Part shown: one piece after another, positions 61,996 through 64,000 of the stretch | How the letters are laid out: the number at the start of each line of letters is the position of its first letter | Numbering within the stretch: the first letter of the stretch is position 1 | Assembly: GCA_038087875.1 (NCBI GenBank) | Contig: CM075989.1 | Coordinates: forward strand, 8,124,001-8,188,000 | DNA: 64,000 nucleotides | Direction of reading: 5' to 3' | DNA from: Malacoraja senta | Lineage: Eukaryota | Notes under the pieces: generated by a model | Database searches by the model: none | What the model was told of the DNA's origin: nothing | The model's input: only the letters and a program-made list of their open reading frames with translations | Position numbers and translations under genes: made by a program

Positions 61996-62639
61996 TTTAT
62001 ATCTAGTTACAACAGAACATTTATTCACTCTCTCAAAAATCAAAGCCATGAGATAAAAGAATTCCTCTGAAATTTGACACAATCCTTTGATTCAAATGCC
62101 CAAGTAGTACAAAAGCATCCATCTATAGTATAGATGCTGCCTCACCCGCTGAGCTTCTCCAGCATTGTCTACCATCTATAGACCAAATCACCAAACCAAG
62201 CTGAGGGCAAATTTTGATCAAAGACAGTAGGCTATAATTTCCTATGTTTTTGGCAATAAGTACCAGTGGCAGGTCACTCTATGTTTGTTTCCTCAAGTGT
62301 AGAATCTTAGGTGACACTGCAACATTTTAGTGATTTACATTCTTAAATTTCCACAGCAATTTCTATCACGGTAAATCCAGCAAATTGGATGACACATTAA
62401 GACTATGGGCAAGATGCAGGTAAGAGAAGCCACCAGCAGTGGTACATTAATTTGACCTGCAATTTGACTTTCTCACACACACACCAATTGTGCTCTTTAA
62501 TTGAATCCAAAATGGCAATTAAAAAGGGCCCTTCGACTTGCAGCTTGTCTATCCTTTCAGCAGCAGCAGCAGCAGCAATGTCTTCTGTTCCACCACAACT
62601 AGATTGGAAACCAGAGTAAACATGACCATTACACCAAGC

Positions 62640-63055
62640 ACTTGCAGTTGGTCTGCAAAGGTCTGCTGGATCACCTGCTTTGCTGACCATTTTAACTTCC
62701 TGACCCGTACTTTTCTTTCTGTTGTGGGCCTCTTCCATTGCCAGACTGAGGACATGCACAAACTGGAGGAACAGCTCATCATTTTCCACTTGGGTTCCAA
62801 TAACATGAACATTGAATTCTCCAATTTTAGGTAACTAACCTACAAACAACCCCCTTTATTGTCTATCTGCCTATTTAATATCCCTTCACCCTCCCTTACC
62901 CATGCTCCACCTGGATTTGCACCCATTTCCCCTTCCACCTACATTCCTTCCTTTGGCTTCACATTCACACCTCTTCTATTCTTATCTCACACCTTTTGTC
63001 TGGCCTTTAACCAACCATTAAAAGCACCAGCATGTGTATCTACCTATCACTCGCC
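62640..63055 (+). mobile_element. Decayed Penelope-like GIY-YIG C-terminus and 3' UTR
   Basis: ADHFNF...LSVVGLFHCQTEDMHKLEEQLIIFHLGSNNMNIEFSNFR* followed by a pyrimidine-rich tract. Confidence 0.8.
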
Positions 63056-64000
63056 CATCAATTAGTATAACTGGAACGATCCAATTTTCTAGATATTTCA
63101 GCAATTTTTTTAATTCTAAAAAGTGGTGCACAAATTCCCCCAGTACATTACAGGGATCATACACAAATCTTACTTGGGAGATCAATCAATTCATGTAATG
63201 CTTCGCATCAGGAAAAGCAATGAACTAATAAAATTGCATAGTCAGCAAATTACAATGAAAATCTGCAGAGATTTAAAATTCATCTCCCGTTACTCAAAGT
63301 TGGAACTATTATATTATTGGATGTCTTGCACATCATTGTTTATTTTGATGATAGAAATAGAAATTCAGAAATAAATATACAGCAGCTTTTGTCCACATCG
63401 TACAGCCTCTTTCCTCATCCTAACATTCAAAAAGAATTCAGCTAAGAATATTGCACTATCACACCAGAATTTTTAAAATGTGTCACTGACCACCTGTAAC
63501 AGCACGTTATAAAATATTATATGAATTAGTATAAAAATAACATCACTTGGCAAGTTCTATAATAAAGTAAAGGACATGGATGTTAAGTTCAAAAATAAAT
63601 AATGGATTTCATATCAGACTAAAACACAACATAAGGAATCAGGTTCACTTCTGGTCAGCGAAAATAAGATGTTGGTCAATCATCCGGGTGCCTTTGTTAA
63701 TACACGTCCATGCTCTGATTTTACTTACTTCACTGGTTTATAAACCAGCTTAGATAGAGAAACATCAAACACAGCAATTATTCATAAAGCGCTGAATTAA
63801 AGTGCAGTGGCCTGCCACCATATGGCTTTTTACTAACAATTAAGAGCTCCAACAGCAAACAAATTTCATGGGATTCAGTTTGTTTCCCATAGCAAGTTAC
63901 TTGACACATCACTCAGAGTGAGCAGCCTCTGAATATTACTGTCATAATTGCCTGCCCTTTTAAGGAATGGTCCAATAAATCCAACTAATTACCAGATGGG

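Noticed and set aside
63160..63740. Possible non-coding 5' GLCE exon (minus-strand GTAAGT near 63728, acceptor-like ttacAG near 63495)
   Set aside because: Splice-like motifs alone cannot define an exon without transcript or conservation data.

Overview
Vertebrate genomic DNA, most likely a cartilaginous fish (skate/ray type). This is inferred from HE1/V-SINE-like, CR1-like, Penelope-like and Rex1/Babar-like repeats and from fish-like protein sequences. Two genes face each other tail-to-tail. On +, the last three coding exons of a PAQR5/6-class membrane progestin receptor gene lie at 5099-8845 (PAQR5 favoured by linkage to GLCE). On -, the complete three-exon coding region of heparan-sulfate D-glucuronyl C5-epimerase GLCE lies at 56676-40504 (1884 nt, 627 aa, all GT-AG, phases compatible). 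The rest is intronic/intergenic and rich in transposons: CR1, L1, Rex1/Babar and Penelope retroelements, V-SINEs, a solo LTR, PIF/Harbinger, hAT and Tc1 MITEs, and a probable non-autonomous Helitron. Many insertions are nested and have readable target-site duplications (TSDs). A 200-N assembly gap sits at 13958-14157. I found no clearly new protein-coding system. The best leads are short fold-back Penelope-derived elements with a minimal hammerhead-ribozyme-like core, a Met-Met-stop uORF abutting the GLCE start codon, a Helitron-like element just upstream of the first GLCE coding exon, and the convergent PAQR5/GLCE orientation across a gap. Repeat family names come from motif recognition, not database searches, and repeat boundaries without TSDs are approximate.
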